56,832 nt of DNA from a virus. Lineage: Duplodnaviria; Caudoviricetes. This document shows, one piece after another, positions 18,945-28,736 of this stretch. Location: positions 1 to 56,832 of the IMG/VR virus record IMGVR_UViG_3300001533_002366; one strand, 5' to 3'. Position numbers and translations under genes: made by a program. Position 1 is the first letter of the stretch, and the number at the start of each line of letters is the position of its first letter. The notes beneath the pieces are model-generated. The model searched no databases, was not told where the DNA came from, and saw only the letters and a list, made by a program, of their open reading frames with translations.

Positions 18945-21900
18945 TTATATGGTTAGTATCCTTTCATTGACATCAAACACGTGTTCTAATAATTGTTCAT
19001 ATCTTTTTTCCCATGCAAATTCGTACATAGCTTTTGCATCAATAATAAAATAATCCGGAAGTTTTATTTCCTCATTAGGAACACATATTACATCTAATTT
19101 CTTTCCATTATCTAAATATTCTTTTCTATATCTCTCAACAACATCTTTCGGAGCCTTATCAATATCAATCCCATTGATTTTAAATAAATAACCCCTATCT
19201 CCAACTACAAAAGCTTTATATACTAAATTATTCCAAGCTAAACACCCCCTAACACTTTGAGGCACAGTCTTGTAGCTTTTTAACTCTTTAGTAAATGCTG
19301 CTGGTTTTGCTATAGATTTTTCTCCTCTTTTAATTTTCGTTATAAATTCTTTTTTCTTTCTCTCAATAAATTGATAAATTTTTGGTAATGATAATAATTC
19401 ACTATTCAATAATAAATCTAGTAATTCCTCAAGACTTGATTTTGTATCAACAGAAAAATCTGATCTCTTTGTTTCCAATCCCATAGATCTAATTTCATTT
19501 ACTTCCCTTCCCTCTTGTGAAATAATCTTATTGGCATAATGTTTCTTTGATATATATAATCCTCTTTTAATTACCAATTCATTTTTCAAAGACAATCTAT
19601 TAGATCTTTCATTTACATTATGTTGTTTTACAAGATCTTTGATATAGTTATTTAAATGATCTTGTATTGTATTACAATATTTTTCTATTTTTATCATTTT
19701 ATCTTCAGATTTTTCAGATATAATAAGTTTATCTAATTTTGCAAATAATGAATCAGTATCTCCTGTTATAACATATTCAGTCTCTCTATCCATTTTTCCA
19801 TACATTTCACTTTTTGTAAGTATCTTTTCTTCTTTTACTTTATTATGAATAAGATTATATATATAAGAGTTTGCTTCTAAAATTGCCGACTTAATTGCTT
19901 GTTGTCCAGATAATGTAATTGATCTACTCATATCAACACTAAAATATCTAAATATTTTATTCCCAAGTACACCATATAATGCATTTGAAAAAATCTTATA
20001 TACTTGCTGTCTTGTATCATACATTGATTGTAAGTCTGTCTCATTCTTTTGTTTTGCTTCAAACATCTTATCTTTATATTCTTTTCGAGAAGTTAATAGT
20101 GAAGAAAGAATTTCACTATAATAAGAAGTTTCCTCCTTATGATTTCGAAAGAAACAACCAGTTATTGTATATACTAAATCTTCCTTCTTAACTTTCTCAA
20201 TTAATTCTTCTTTAGTAAATTCTTGTTCTTTTGATGAATATAATGGATCCATTACCATTGTAACTTTATCTGGGAAAGAATCAAAATCATATACAAAATC
20301 ATATCCAAGTTCATAATCTTTAAATTTCATTATAAATGTATTAATTCCAATATTATATGTAATAATAATACTTGGATACAGAGATGTAAAGTCAAAGTCA
20401 ACAATATAATCATGAAGGCCAACAATGGGCTCCTTGACATATGCACCAGGAAATTCCACTTTCTCTCTATGCATGTCTGCATCCTTTGAAGCAAATCCCT
20501 TGTTTTTCATAAAAGAGACCATGAGTGAATCAAGCATTCCCATACTTGAAGAAGATCCTCTAAAACTACTATTACTTATTTTCTTCACCTCATCTTGAAG
20601 AGAAATATGTTGAAGCTTTTCCTCCAACTTTTCTACAATCTGGACGTCTCTAATATTATACTTAATAGCATCATTTATATTTTCTCTAAACATATCAGAA
20701 AAACTTGAACCAACCCCCAACTTTTTCATTCCAAGTTCTATTTCTCCAATAGTATCAAGCTTGTAATTTTCACGACTCCCCTGAACAAAGTTCCTATATA
20801 ATACATATTGATCCAGAATTACAATACCATTTATTTCTGCATAATTTCTACTTGTATCTACATATACTTCTCCTAATTCAGAAAACATATTTGGATTAAT
20901 TCCAATTTTTATACATCTATTATAATTATATGGAATATCAAAATTTACTATATTCCACCCAGCCAAAATATCAATTTTCAATTTCTTTAAATCTCTTGCA
21001 AAAGTAGTTAATAGTTCTCTTTCATTTTTACATATAATTACTTCTGAAAGTGGATTATCTTTTATTTCTTCAACATCTTTCCTTTTTAACACCTCTTTAT
21101 TATCTACAACCAATGTAACAAATTTACCATGAAAAGAATATGTAATCATACAAACCATATGTTCTGCTTTATCCACTAATGGAAATCCCCTCTCTTCAGA
21201 ATATGTTTCAATATCGAAAAACATTATATTTAAATCATATTTTGTGGGTTCCCCCTTTGAATAAAAATAATAATCTTGGGAATGTTTTACAGGAAGTTTT
21301 AAATCTCCCTCGTATGTTATAACTGGATCTAATAATGTTTTCTGTTTATATGGTATTTTTACTTGAACAAGATCTTCATATTTCACGAGATATCTCATTT
21401 CAGTTTTACTATCTTTTGGAATTTGATAACAATAATAATCATCATTTTCTTTATGGAAGATTTTATTATTTTCATTATCCCTAAAGATATATAATATTTT
21501 TTTCTCTTTTTCAAGATATTGAATATCAACTAATCTATAAAGATCTGAATAAAACTTGTCAGGTATTTTATATCTGAATACTTCATTTTTTTGTAAAACA
21601 GTTCCAATTTTATTTCTAATTATTCCCTGAGTAGAAGATCCCATATAAGTAGATATATCTTTCATATCTTGTTCAAACTTGGGTTCAAATGATCTATTTC
21701 TATTCACAAAGGAGGGATGTACTGTAAGATATACATTATAATTATTCCACTTATGAAATCCCCTTAAATTTGTAATTCCACTCTTTGCAATTCCAAAAGC
21801 TTTCATTGGGGTTCCACCCATCAATACTATTAGCTTTGGTTTGCAATATTCAATAATTTTAAAACAATTTTCTTTACATATATCAATTGTTTCATCAGTT

Positions 21901-22190
21901 GGATTTCCTGTAGTACCGTCTGGATTTAAAGTTTGACATAATACAACATTCGTAAGGAGATATTTAAGTTTATTTAATCCAAACGATTTAAAATATTTTC
22001 GAAACATTTCTCCAGCTCTTCCAATTAATGGTAATTCTCCTTTAACTTCTTTTTCACCAGGATTTTCTGCTACAAAAACTATGTCAACTTTTGATAAATC
22101 ATCTTTACAATTTGTTTCTAAAATACAGGAATTTGATTCTAATAAAGGACATGCTGCACAATTCGCGAACGAACTTTTAATACTAAACAT
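18945..22190 (-). CDS. Family B DNA polymerase with an N-terminal family-4 uracil-DNA glycosylase domain
   Basis: UDG4 motifs C..CPL, AENPG..E, PL.GRAG, TN.V.C, HPS; exonuclease DIET, WN...FD, YN..D; polymerase DFTSLYPS, K...N.LYG, GDTDS, KKHY. Confidence 0.92.
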   Translation of the reverse strand: MFSIKSSFANCAACPLLESNSCILETNCKDDLSKVDIVFVAENPGEKEVKGELPLIGRAGEMFRKYFKSFGLNKLKYLLTNVVLCQTLNPDGTTGNPTDETIDICKENCFKIIEYCKPKLIVLMGGTPMKAFGIAKSGITNLRGFHKWNNYNVYLTVHPSFVNRNRSFEPKFEQDMKDISTYMGSSTQGIIRNKIGTVLQKNEVFRYKIPDKFYSDLYRLVDIQYLEKEKKILYIFRDNENNKIFHKENDDYYCYQIPKDSKTEMRYLVKYEDLVQVKIPYKQKTLLDPVITYEGDLKLPVKHSQDYYFYSKGEPTKYDLNIMFFDIETYSEERGFPLVDKAEHMVCMITYSFHGKFVTLVVDNKEVLKRKDVEEIKDNPLSEVIICKNERELLTTFARDLKKLKIDILAGWNIVNFDIPYNYNRCIKIGINPNMFSELGEVYVDTSRNYAEINGIVILDQYVLYRNFVQGSRENYKLDTIGEIELGMKKLGVGSSFSDMFRENINDAIKYNIRDVQIVEKLEEKLQHISLQDEVKKISNSSFRGSSSSMGMLDSLMVSFMKNKGFASKDADMHREKVEFPGAYVKEPIVGLHDYIVDFDFTSLYPSIIITYNIGINTFIMKFKDYELGYDFVYDFDSFPDKVTMVMDPLYSSKEQEFTKEELIEKVKKEDLVYTITGCFFRNHKEETSYYSEILSSLLTSRKEYKDKMFEAKQKNETDLQSMYDTRQQVYKIFSNALYGVLGNKIFRYFSVDMSRSITLSGQQAIKSAILEANSYIYNLIHNKVKEEKILTKSEMYGKMDRETEYVITGDTDSLFAKLDKLIISEKSEDKMIKIEKYCNTIQDHLNNYIKDLVKQHNVNERSNRLSLKNELVIKRGLYISKKHYANKIISQEGREVNEIRSMGLETKRSDFSVDTKSSLEELLDLLLNSELLSLPKIYQFIERKKKEFITKIKRGEKSIAKPAAFTKELKSYKTVPQSVRGCLAWNNLVYKAFVVGDRGYLFKINGIDIDKAPKDVVERYRKEYLDNGKKLDVICVPNEEIKLPDYFIIDAKAMYEFAWEKRYEQLLEHVFDVNERILTI

Positions 22191-22396
22191 AAATTACTCC
22201 TTTTAAATTCAAAATATATCTTTCTTTTATATTTGTTCTATTAGTAATAATGATGATCAATTAATTTTTGTATTTCTTCTTATAATTATTTTCTAAAAAA
22301 ATATGTTTCTTTATTACCAATTTATATATATAGTTAATTATCTCTCTTCTATATATATAAATTAATGAAGGAGATAAAATTTAACTAAGGAGGCAA

Positions 22397-22564
22397 ATGA
22401 AATACATACTATTGATAATGGGGGTTGTAATATTGACTCCCATTATCTATGTAGTGGGGGTAAAAATAGGAGGAATAGCATTAATAGGAATAACACTATT
22501 TCTCCTATTAAAGAATAAGAAAAATGATAGTGTCGATGTCTCAGATGATATTGACACTATCTAA
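22397..22564 (+). CDS. Small membrane protein (55 aa) in a motif-B cassette
   Basis: Hand-translated MKYILLIMGVVILTPIIYVVGVKIGGIALIGITLFLLLKNKK...; AAGGAGG RBS; promoter motif B upstream, hairpins downstream. Confidence 0.6.
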   Translation: MKYILLIMGVVILTPIIYVVGVKIGGIALIGITLFLLLKNKKNDSVDVSDDIDTI

Positions 22565-22591
22565 AAAAAAGGTTCTTGGATATAACAAAAA

Positions 22592-23626
22592 TTATATCCA
22601 AGAACCAGTATAAAAACTATTTAAATTTTGTTTACAAATTGCAGAAAACGATAAATTAGTATCTATTAAATCTTTAATTTTTTGTTTGATTATTGTTTGA
22701 TTATTATATACCTCACTTACTTTGTCTGATATATTATTATCATTATATACAAATATCCCATTTTGATTTTTATAATATTTTAAAAGTCTAGTTTCATCTC
22801 TAACAATAAGTGGTGTGCCTGACATTAATATTTCAGTCATAGCACGAGGACAACCATCTTTCATATTAGAATTTACTATTCCACAACAACTTTGATTTAA
22901 GAGAAGATTTAATTGAGACCTATCAACCCATCCAGCAAACTCTACATTTTTTACTGCATATTTCTTACATAATTTCTTTCCAACTTCAGGTTGATTTCCA
23001 CAATGTATTATCTTTGATTTTCTAAGAATACTATTTTGTTGTATCTTTGAAATAAAGTATTCCTGCCCTTTTTGAGTAATCTGACTAAAATTTGCAACCC
23101 AACAAATATCATATTTTTTTGTTTGTTTTTCTAATGGTCTAAATATGTTTGGATTGGCAGTTTTATAGAAAGGAGAACATTGATAATTTTTATTAATATC
23201 TCTTTCATCTTCCAATAAAATTACTTTATATTTCCCACCGTATTGTGGAAATACTCTTTTCCCAGAACCAAGATACATACTAATGCCAAATTGCTTTGGT
23301 TGATCTTTTGTTAATTCATCATATTCTGGGAAACCACCTCTAAATAATGTTATATTTGGTGGATCTAAATTATATGTTTCTTTAAAGGAATCACACCATC
23401 TTTGTATAAACTTCTTTCCATTTACATCAAATACAATCTCTTTTTGTTTTTCTTTTGGATTCAACCTCCATACAGTAACCTCATCAAATACATCATTTTC
23501 TAAATACCATATTCCTTGTAGTAAATAGAAATCATGACAATTATCTTTAAATGTTTGGAGGTCTTTATATTTATGATAATATTCAAGGTTTCTTAAATTA
23601 GTTCTGAATATCCAAAATTTTTTCAT
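22592..23626 (-). CDS. Glycosyltransferase (GT-B, GT4-like)
   Basis: KGQ, F.G.V, DGCPRAMTE.L.SGTPLI (EX7E-like). Confidence 0.75.
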   Translation of the reverse strand: MKKFWIFRTNLRNLEYYHKYKDLQTFKDNCHDFYLLQGIWYLENDVFDEVTVWRLNPKEKQKEIVFDVNGKKFIQRWCDSFKETYNLDPPNITLFRGGFPEYDELTKDQPKQFGISMYLGSGKRVFPQYGGKYKVILLEDERDINKNYQCSPFYKTANPNIFRPLEKQTKKYDICWVANFSQITQKGQEYFISKIQQNSILRKSKIIHCGNQPEVGKKLCKKYAVKNVEFAGWVDRSQLNLLLNQSCCGIVNSNMKDGCPRAMTEILMSGTPLIVRDETRLLKYYKNQNGIFVYNDNNISDKVSEVYNNQTIIKQKIKDLIDTNLSFSAICKQNLNSFYTGSWI

Positions 23627-23845
23627 ACAATTAGTCCTTTCGTTTATATACAGTTTTATATTATCTTTATGACTTTTCCAAAGTCACTTTTTATTTTTTC
23701 AAGGTCTTTTTCTCCCCCATTTTACATCTTTAAAGAACTTCTTTCTATCCTTTTTTGATATTCTTCTTACTCTTTTTTTATCCATTTCAACTCCTTAGAT
23801 ATTAGATTAATCTATATATTTCAATTAATGAAAGGAGGAATTGTC

Positions 23846-23980
23846 ATGAGACAATTACTAATTGATGCAATAGAGCGCGGAAACTTAATCCGTGCTCGAC
23901 AAATCCTCTGTGTCATGAAGGCTCTTGGGAAGGAGCCTCCAAAAAAGGCACAGGATTTAATCAGAAGGCTACTTTCATAG
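23846..23980 (+). CDS. Small protein (44 aa) in a motif-B cassette
   Basis: MRQLLIDAIERGNLIRARQILCVMKALGKEPPKKAQDLIRRLLS; AAGGAGG RBS; two hairpins downstream. Confidence 0.6.
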   Translation: MRQLLIDAIERGNLIRARQILCVMKALGKEPPKKAQDLIRRLLS

Positions 23981-24098
23981 TAGCCTTTTGAGACTACTCA
24001 ATATGGGTAGTCTTTTTTTATTTATTCTATCATTAATTTATGATAACTATATATATTAATTAATGAATAGAAAATTAACTTTTAAATAGGAGAGAATT

Positions 24099-24259
24099 AT
24101 GAGCCAGTATTGGGAAAGACGATTAATTTCCGCCTTCAGTTCTGAGAAATTGGAGGGGGAAATTAAAAAGTTTAAGGAGGGGGGGGAGAAATTAGAACCC
24201 TATCCCCCGAGACAAAGAAAGCGGTGCTGGATTTTATGAATCCAGCACCCAAAAAATAA
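24099..24259 (+). CDS. Small protein in a motif-B cassette; frame depends on a G8 tract
   Basis: As sequenced, 46 aa ending at 24239; one extra G would give ...KKFKEGGGEIRTLSP... ending at 24259. Confidence 0.45.
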
Positions 24260-24323
24260 AATGGTTCCCCCATTTAGGAGAATGGGGGATTCTTTTTTTT
24301 GTATGCTTTTTTCAATCTCCCCT

Positions 24324-25028
24324 TTATATCCGTGCTTGGTTTTGTTGAAAAGCTATTATTCTTCTATTTGGAACTTCCATACACTGCAAACCAACTACTG
24401 ATAATGAATGAAGTGTAATGAAATTTGATCTAAATGCATTCCTTCCAAGATCTAAATTGGGCACCCCAGGTCTTCTTTTTCCACTAATTGTGTACCTCTT
24501 TGATAAATCTGATTCCTTTAAAAACTTCCTTAATAAAAATCGTATTGTATCAACATCCATTGTTTTATTAAAATAACATACAATATGAAAACCTGTCTTA
24601 CCTGTATATCTTATTTCTGCCTCTCTTATAATTGGAATATTAATAATGGTATTATATACATCTGAAGTGGTTGTTTTTGCCCATCTAAATCCATCATTTC
24701 CAACATCTACATCGATAATTCCAAAGTCTTCTTTTCTTTTCATTCCACTATGAATACTAATAGTACGTCCTGTAATTATTGTATCATAGTTAGAATTTGT
24801 TAATTGTATAAACCCAGCATTTGTGTCCTTTCTTTTTATAATTGTTTTATTTAGATCGACCGCTATAAAAAACATAAGATCTCTCCCAACAACCTCTTTT
24901 AATATTTTTGATCTTACTTTTTGATAATAATTCCAAATATCTATTTCTCTCAATCCTTTTGGATAAAATGTATTCTTTACAATAATCGTTTCTGGGTTCT
25001 CAGGGTAAGCCACTTTAATATCCTCCAT
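24324..25028 (-). CDS. AEP-superfamily primase-polymerase (LigD Pol-like)
   Basis: P..II...YP....DI..YY, IIDVD, TGK.GFHI motifs. Confidence 0.7.
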   Translation of the reverse strand: MEDIKVAYPENPETIIVKNTFYPKGLREIDIWNYYQKVRSKILKEVVGRDLMFFIAVDLNKTIIKRKDTNAGFIQLTNSNYDTIITGRTISIHSGMKRKEDFGIIDVDVGNDGFRWAKTTTSDVYNTIINIPIIREAEIRYTGKTGFHIVCYFNKTMDVDTIRFLLRKFLKESDLSKRYTISGKRRPGVPNLDLGRNAFRSNFITLHSLSVVGLQCMEVPNRRIIAFQQNQARI

Positions 25029-25175
25029 TATAAAAATTTAGTATTTGTTCTATTAGTATATAGTTATAATCTTTCATCTATGTATTTTTCACATAACATA
25101 ATATATAATGATTAATATATTGTACTATATATATTAATTAATGAATAGGAGATACAACCTTAAAAGGAGGTAGAA

Positions 25176-25316
25176 ATGACAACTTTAATTGGTATTGGTA
25201 TATTTCTCCTAGTAATAGGGGGGGTAGACTTATTACTAGGAGGAATAGCAATAGGGTTCTCCTGCATAATTGCGGGAGGACTCTGGCTAGTAAATCTCCT
25301 GCGAATACATCCGTAG
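25176..25316 (+). CDS. Small two-helix membrane protein (46 aa) in a motif-B cassette
   Basis: MTTLIGIGIFLLVIGGVDLLLGGIAIGFSCIIAGGLWLVNLLRIHP; AAGGAGGT RBS; terminator hairpin. Confidence 0.6.
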   Translation: MTTLIGIGIFLLVIGGVDLLLGGIAIGFSCIIAGGLWLVNLLRIHP

Positions 25317-25476
25317 GAGATTGAAATAAACCCTGGAACATAAATCTGGGGTTTATTTTTTGATACAAATTATATCATAAGAAAATAAGAATAACCAACA
25401 ATATCTATATATATAAATTATTGGAATGATAATTAATCTTTATTGAAAGAACAAATAACTAAAAAGGAGGTACAAT

Positions 25477-25809
25477 ATGAAAATGAAAAAAGTAATAGTA
25501 ATATTCATAGCAATGTTTATGATGGTGTCATTATCGGCTCCACTATATGCCCGAGGTCATAGGCACTATAATGGACATAGTCACAGGAGTGATATAATAA
25601 CAGGAATAATAATTGGATCTATTCTTGGAGGAATAGCAACCTCCAATTATTATCCACAATATCACCACTACAACCACGACAACTACCACCAACCACGATA
25701 TCACAATCACCACTACAATCATTCATATCACCAACAAGTGTGGCATCCCGGTTATTACGACCGTTGTAGAGGTATATGGATACCTGGATGGTATTCATAT
25801 AGTAGATAA
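25477..25809 (+). CDS. Secreted His/Tyr-rich protein with a glycine zipper and YXWGXW-like tail
   Basis: Signal peptide, GIIIGSILGG, WHPGYY...WIPGWY. Confidence 0.65.
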   Translation: MKMKKVIVIFIAMFMMVSLSAPLYARGHRHYNGHSHRSDIITGIIIGSILGGIATSNYYPQYHHYNHDNYHQPRYHNHHYNHSYHQQVWHPGYYDRCRGIWIPGWYSYSR

Positions 25810-25956
25810 TATTTGTCCTTGAGAACTAAACATAAAGAAGGCATCACCTCCTTTCTTTTAGATGTTCTCAAGGACATTCTATTTTTTTAGAACGAATATA
25901 TAATTAATAGAACAAATAAAAAATAAGAAGTATGAATATAAAGAAAGGAGAATAGA

Positions 25957-26532
25957 ATGGATAACAAAAAGATATTAATTTTATTTAGTGGTGGTGCAGA
26001 TAGTGTTCTGATGTTAGAAATTGCACTTGCAATGGGATATAAACCATATTGTTTGTTAGTAGATTATCAACAATTACATATAGTAGAATTAACATATGCA
26101 AATAACTATTTACAAAAGAAGAAAATTCCATATCAAACATTTAAATTAGATCTTCAAGGAATAAACAGTGGACTTACTGGGAATGGAAAACAAGGAACTT
26201 TTAAGAATGTAAATCCTCATTATGTTCCAGGAAGAAATACTATACTCTTATCTATAGGAGCAAGTATCGCAGAATCAATGGGAATTAATACTATTTGGTT
26301 GGGTGCAGACTATTCTGATATGGAAAATAAATTTCCTGACTGTACTCAAAAATATATATATAAAGCAAATCAGATGTTTAAAACATCTGGGTCAATACCA
26401 ATTAAAATCGAAGCTCCATTATTAGGACTTACCAAAGAAAATGTAATAAAGTTATTAAAACATTTTGGTGTAGAAATAACAGAAATTTTCTCTGGGTATG
26501 GAGAATTCGAAGAACAAGGAAACAAAACATAA
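25957..26532 (+). CDS. queC: 7-cyano-7-deazaguanine synthase-like protein (C-terminal Zn site absent)
   Basis: SGGADS PP-loop, Y.Q....E, YVPGRN, FPDC, APL..LTK. Confidence 0.8.
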   Translation: MDNKKILILFSGGADSVLMLEIALAMGYKPYCLLVDYQQLHIVELTYANNYLQKKKIPYQTFKLDLQGINSGLTGNGKQGTFKNVNPHYVPGRNTILLSIGASIAESMGINTIWLGADYSDMENKFPDCTQKYIYKANQMFKTSGSIPIKIEAPLLGLTKENVIKLLKHFGVEITEIFSGYGEFEEQGNKT

Positions 26533-27059
26533 TGAAAGAAAAAATAATATATACAAAAGAGATGATCGCAGAAAGAGTAAAAGAAATAGGAAAGAGTATA
26601 ACAAAGGAATATACTTCAAATAAAGAAGAATTAGTATTAGTATGTGTACTATATGGAGCCGTCCTTTTCTTTTCCGATTTAATAAGAAATATAGATCTTC
26701 CAATAACAATTGATTTCGTAAGGGCTGAAAGTTATGGTCCAAGAATGAAGTCAAGTGGAGTAGTAAATATAACAAAAGATATTGAAAATAATATTACAAA
26801 TAAACAAGTAATATTGGTGGAAGATATCATAGATAGTGGTCTAACAATAACAAATTTAATTGAACACTTCGAACAGAAAAACCCAGATAGTATCCAAATA
26901 TGTTCATTGATTAATAAAACAGAGAGAAGAGACATACCAATTGATATTGATTATAGTGGATTCAAATTAAAAGAAGGTTTTGTAGTTGGTTATGGACTTG
27001 ACTATAATCAAAAAATGAGAAACTTGGCAGATATATATCTTATTGAGGAGGAAGATTAA
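26532..27059 (+). CDS. hpt: Hypoxanthine phosphoribosyltransferase
   Basis: VL.GA..F.SDL, SYG, LVEDIIDSGLT, FVVGYGLDY....RNL. Confidence 0.92.
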   Translation: MKEKIIYTKEMIAERVKEIGKSITKEYTSNKEELVLVCVLYGAVLFFSDLIRNIDLPITIDFVRAESYGPRMKSSGVVNITKDIENNITNKQVILVEDIIDSGLTITNLIEHFEQKNPDSIQICSLINKTERRDIPIDIDYSGFKLKEGFVVGYGLDYNQKMRNLADIYLIEEED

Positions 27060-27082
27060 TAATTAAAAATCAAGGAGAAATT

Positions 27083-27316
27083 ATGGTCAGTTATGATATG
27101 TTAGAGTTAAATCAGATATTAAAAAGAAGAGATGTGTTAAGAGATAGAATATTAACTTTTATTAAAAGTAGTGATGAAGATAAACAAAAATCATTAACAC
27201 AAAATGAAAGACGATCTATTAAAACTAATAAACTTCATAAGTATGATGATCCAAAATTAATTGAGGTTGCAAGGAAAATTATTAACCCAGAATTTCCAAA
27301 AGAGATGTATCAATAA
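27083..27316 (+). CDS. Hypothetical protein
   Basis: ORF with AGGAG RBS. Confidence 0.55.
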   Translation: MVSYDMLELNQILKRRDVLRDRILTFIKSSDEDKQKSLTQNERRSIKTNKLHKYDDPKLIEVARKIINPEFPKEMYQ

Positions 27317-27350
27317 TAACAATAATTATATTAAGGAGAATATTTGAATT

Positions 27351-27875
27351 ATGGAATGGGATAAATATTTCTACACAATATGTAAAGCAGTATCGTCTAA
27401 TTCGAAATGTTTTTCACGACAAATTGGTGCAATCTTAGTAAAAGACAAAAGTATTATAAGCACTGGGTACAATGGACCTCCAAGAGGAATTCCAACTTGT
27501 GATAAAAGATATAAATTAGACAATAATTTAAGACAAATGTTTATTGAAAAAGGAATAGATATAAACAATGATTCTCTTTTCAAAGGAAAATGTCCAAGAA
27601 GAATTTTAGGATACGGTTCTGGGGAGGGATTACAATATTGTGTTGCTGGTCACGCAGAAAGAAATTGTTTAATTAATGCTGGAAGAAATGGAATTTCAAC
27701 AAAATATACGAAAATGTATATGACCTGTTCTATTCCCTGTAGTCCCTGTCTTGTGGAAATTATTAATGCGGGGGTAGAAGAAATAATAGTTTCAGAATTA
27801 AATTACTATGATGTAAGTGCAAAATATTTAATAGAACAATCAGAATTGACAGTAAGAAAATTTAAATTAGAATAG
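27351..27875 (+). CDS. dCMP deaminase
   Basis: S.C..RQIGA, TGYNG.P, HAE.N, PC.PC. Confidence 0.9.
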   Translation: MEWDKYFYTICKAVSSNSKCFSRQIGAILVKDKSIISTGYNGPPRGIPTCDKRYKLDNNLRQMFIEKGIDINNDSLFKGKCPRRILGYGSGEGLQYCVAGHAERNCLINAGRNGISTKYTKMYMTCSIPCSPCLVEIINAGVEEIIVSELNYYDVSAKYLIEQSELTVRKFKLE

Positions 27876-27884
27876 GAAAAACAA

Positions 27885-28208
27885 ATGGAAACTACCAACT
27901 TAAAAGTAAAAAAAGAAAATTTTCCAACGTTTTCTAAATTAATTGAAAATCAATTTATGCATGCTGGTAAAACAAAATACCAACTAAGTGAAGATAAAGA
28001 AATGACTGATTTAATTTGTGAGTTCGTTCCTGGTGACAGTGGAGTAGATTGGCCATTAGGAACAATATTAAAATATCTTGGTAGATTTAAAAACGAAGGA
28101 ATGGAAAAGGACTTATTAAAGATAGCAACATATTGCTATATAACCTGGTTAAAAATGGGTTTTCATTTAAATAGGGAACATTATGAAGACGTAGGTGAAA
28201 AGAAATGA
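27885..28208 (+). CDS. DUF3310-like (nucleotide-modification-associated) protein
   Basis: G.ILKY..R......DLLK.A.Y motif. Confidence 0.45.
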   Translation: METTNLKVKKENFPTFSKLIENQFMHAGKTKYQLSEDKEMTDLICEFVPGDSGVDWPLGTILKYLGRFKNEGMEKDLLKIATYCYITWLKMGFHLNREHYEDVGEKK

Positions 28209-28723
28209 ATTCAAAAATAGAATTTGTATCAATATATTGTAAAATATATACTGATACATTTGACTCAAAATTAACAAATACATTCGCAACAGGGGATGAA
28301 GTATTTGAATTTTTAATGAAAGATTGCGGTCATTGTTTTGATAAAAATGATAACATAATTCCAGGTGATTCTAATATTTGGTATCTTGGTTGTAATGAAA
28401 AATTTGGAGAGATGAGATATCGGTACCATTCTATTGAATGGGGGCATGGGGAATCATCTTTTGATAACGTTAAATTATTTATAAAAATTATGTTTGAGGA
28501 TAATTTTATAACTAAGAAACAGTATGATATACTTGGTAAAAAAATTGAAGAAGGATTACTAATTAATAATATGTATGATATCGGAGAATATCTTATAAAA
28601 AAACAAAATAATGAAAAATGGGTTACCCATAAAGATTCTAAAACTTTTAGAGAAAACTTTAAGAAAATGATATCTAATGTAAAAAACACATTAGAAAGAA
28701 TGAATTATACTATCTTAAGATAA
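28205..28723 (+). CDS. Hypothetical protein
   Basis: ATGA-coupled ORF. Confidence 0.6.
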   Translation: MNSKIEFVSIYCKIYTDTFDSKLTNTFATGDEVFEFLMKDCGHCFDKNDNIIPGDSNIWYLGCNEKFGEMRYRYHSIEWGHGESSFDNVKLFIKIMFEDNFITKKQYDILGKKIEEGLLINNMYDIGEYLIKKQNNEKWVTHKDSKTFRENFKKMISNVKNTLERMNYTILR

Positions 28724-28736
28724 ATGGAGGGAAATA

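Noticed and set aside
5484-22190. Stop-codon reassignment, as seen in some large phages
   Set aside because: Core genes are full length in code 11, and TAA, TAG and TGA all terminate genes.
18945-22190. Intein or intron in the polymerase
   Set aside because: The extra length is explained by the UDG domain; no intein splice motifs or interruptions are evident.
23699-23785. 28-codon basic minus-strand ORF with an RBS
   Set aside because: Too short to support without homology evidence.
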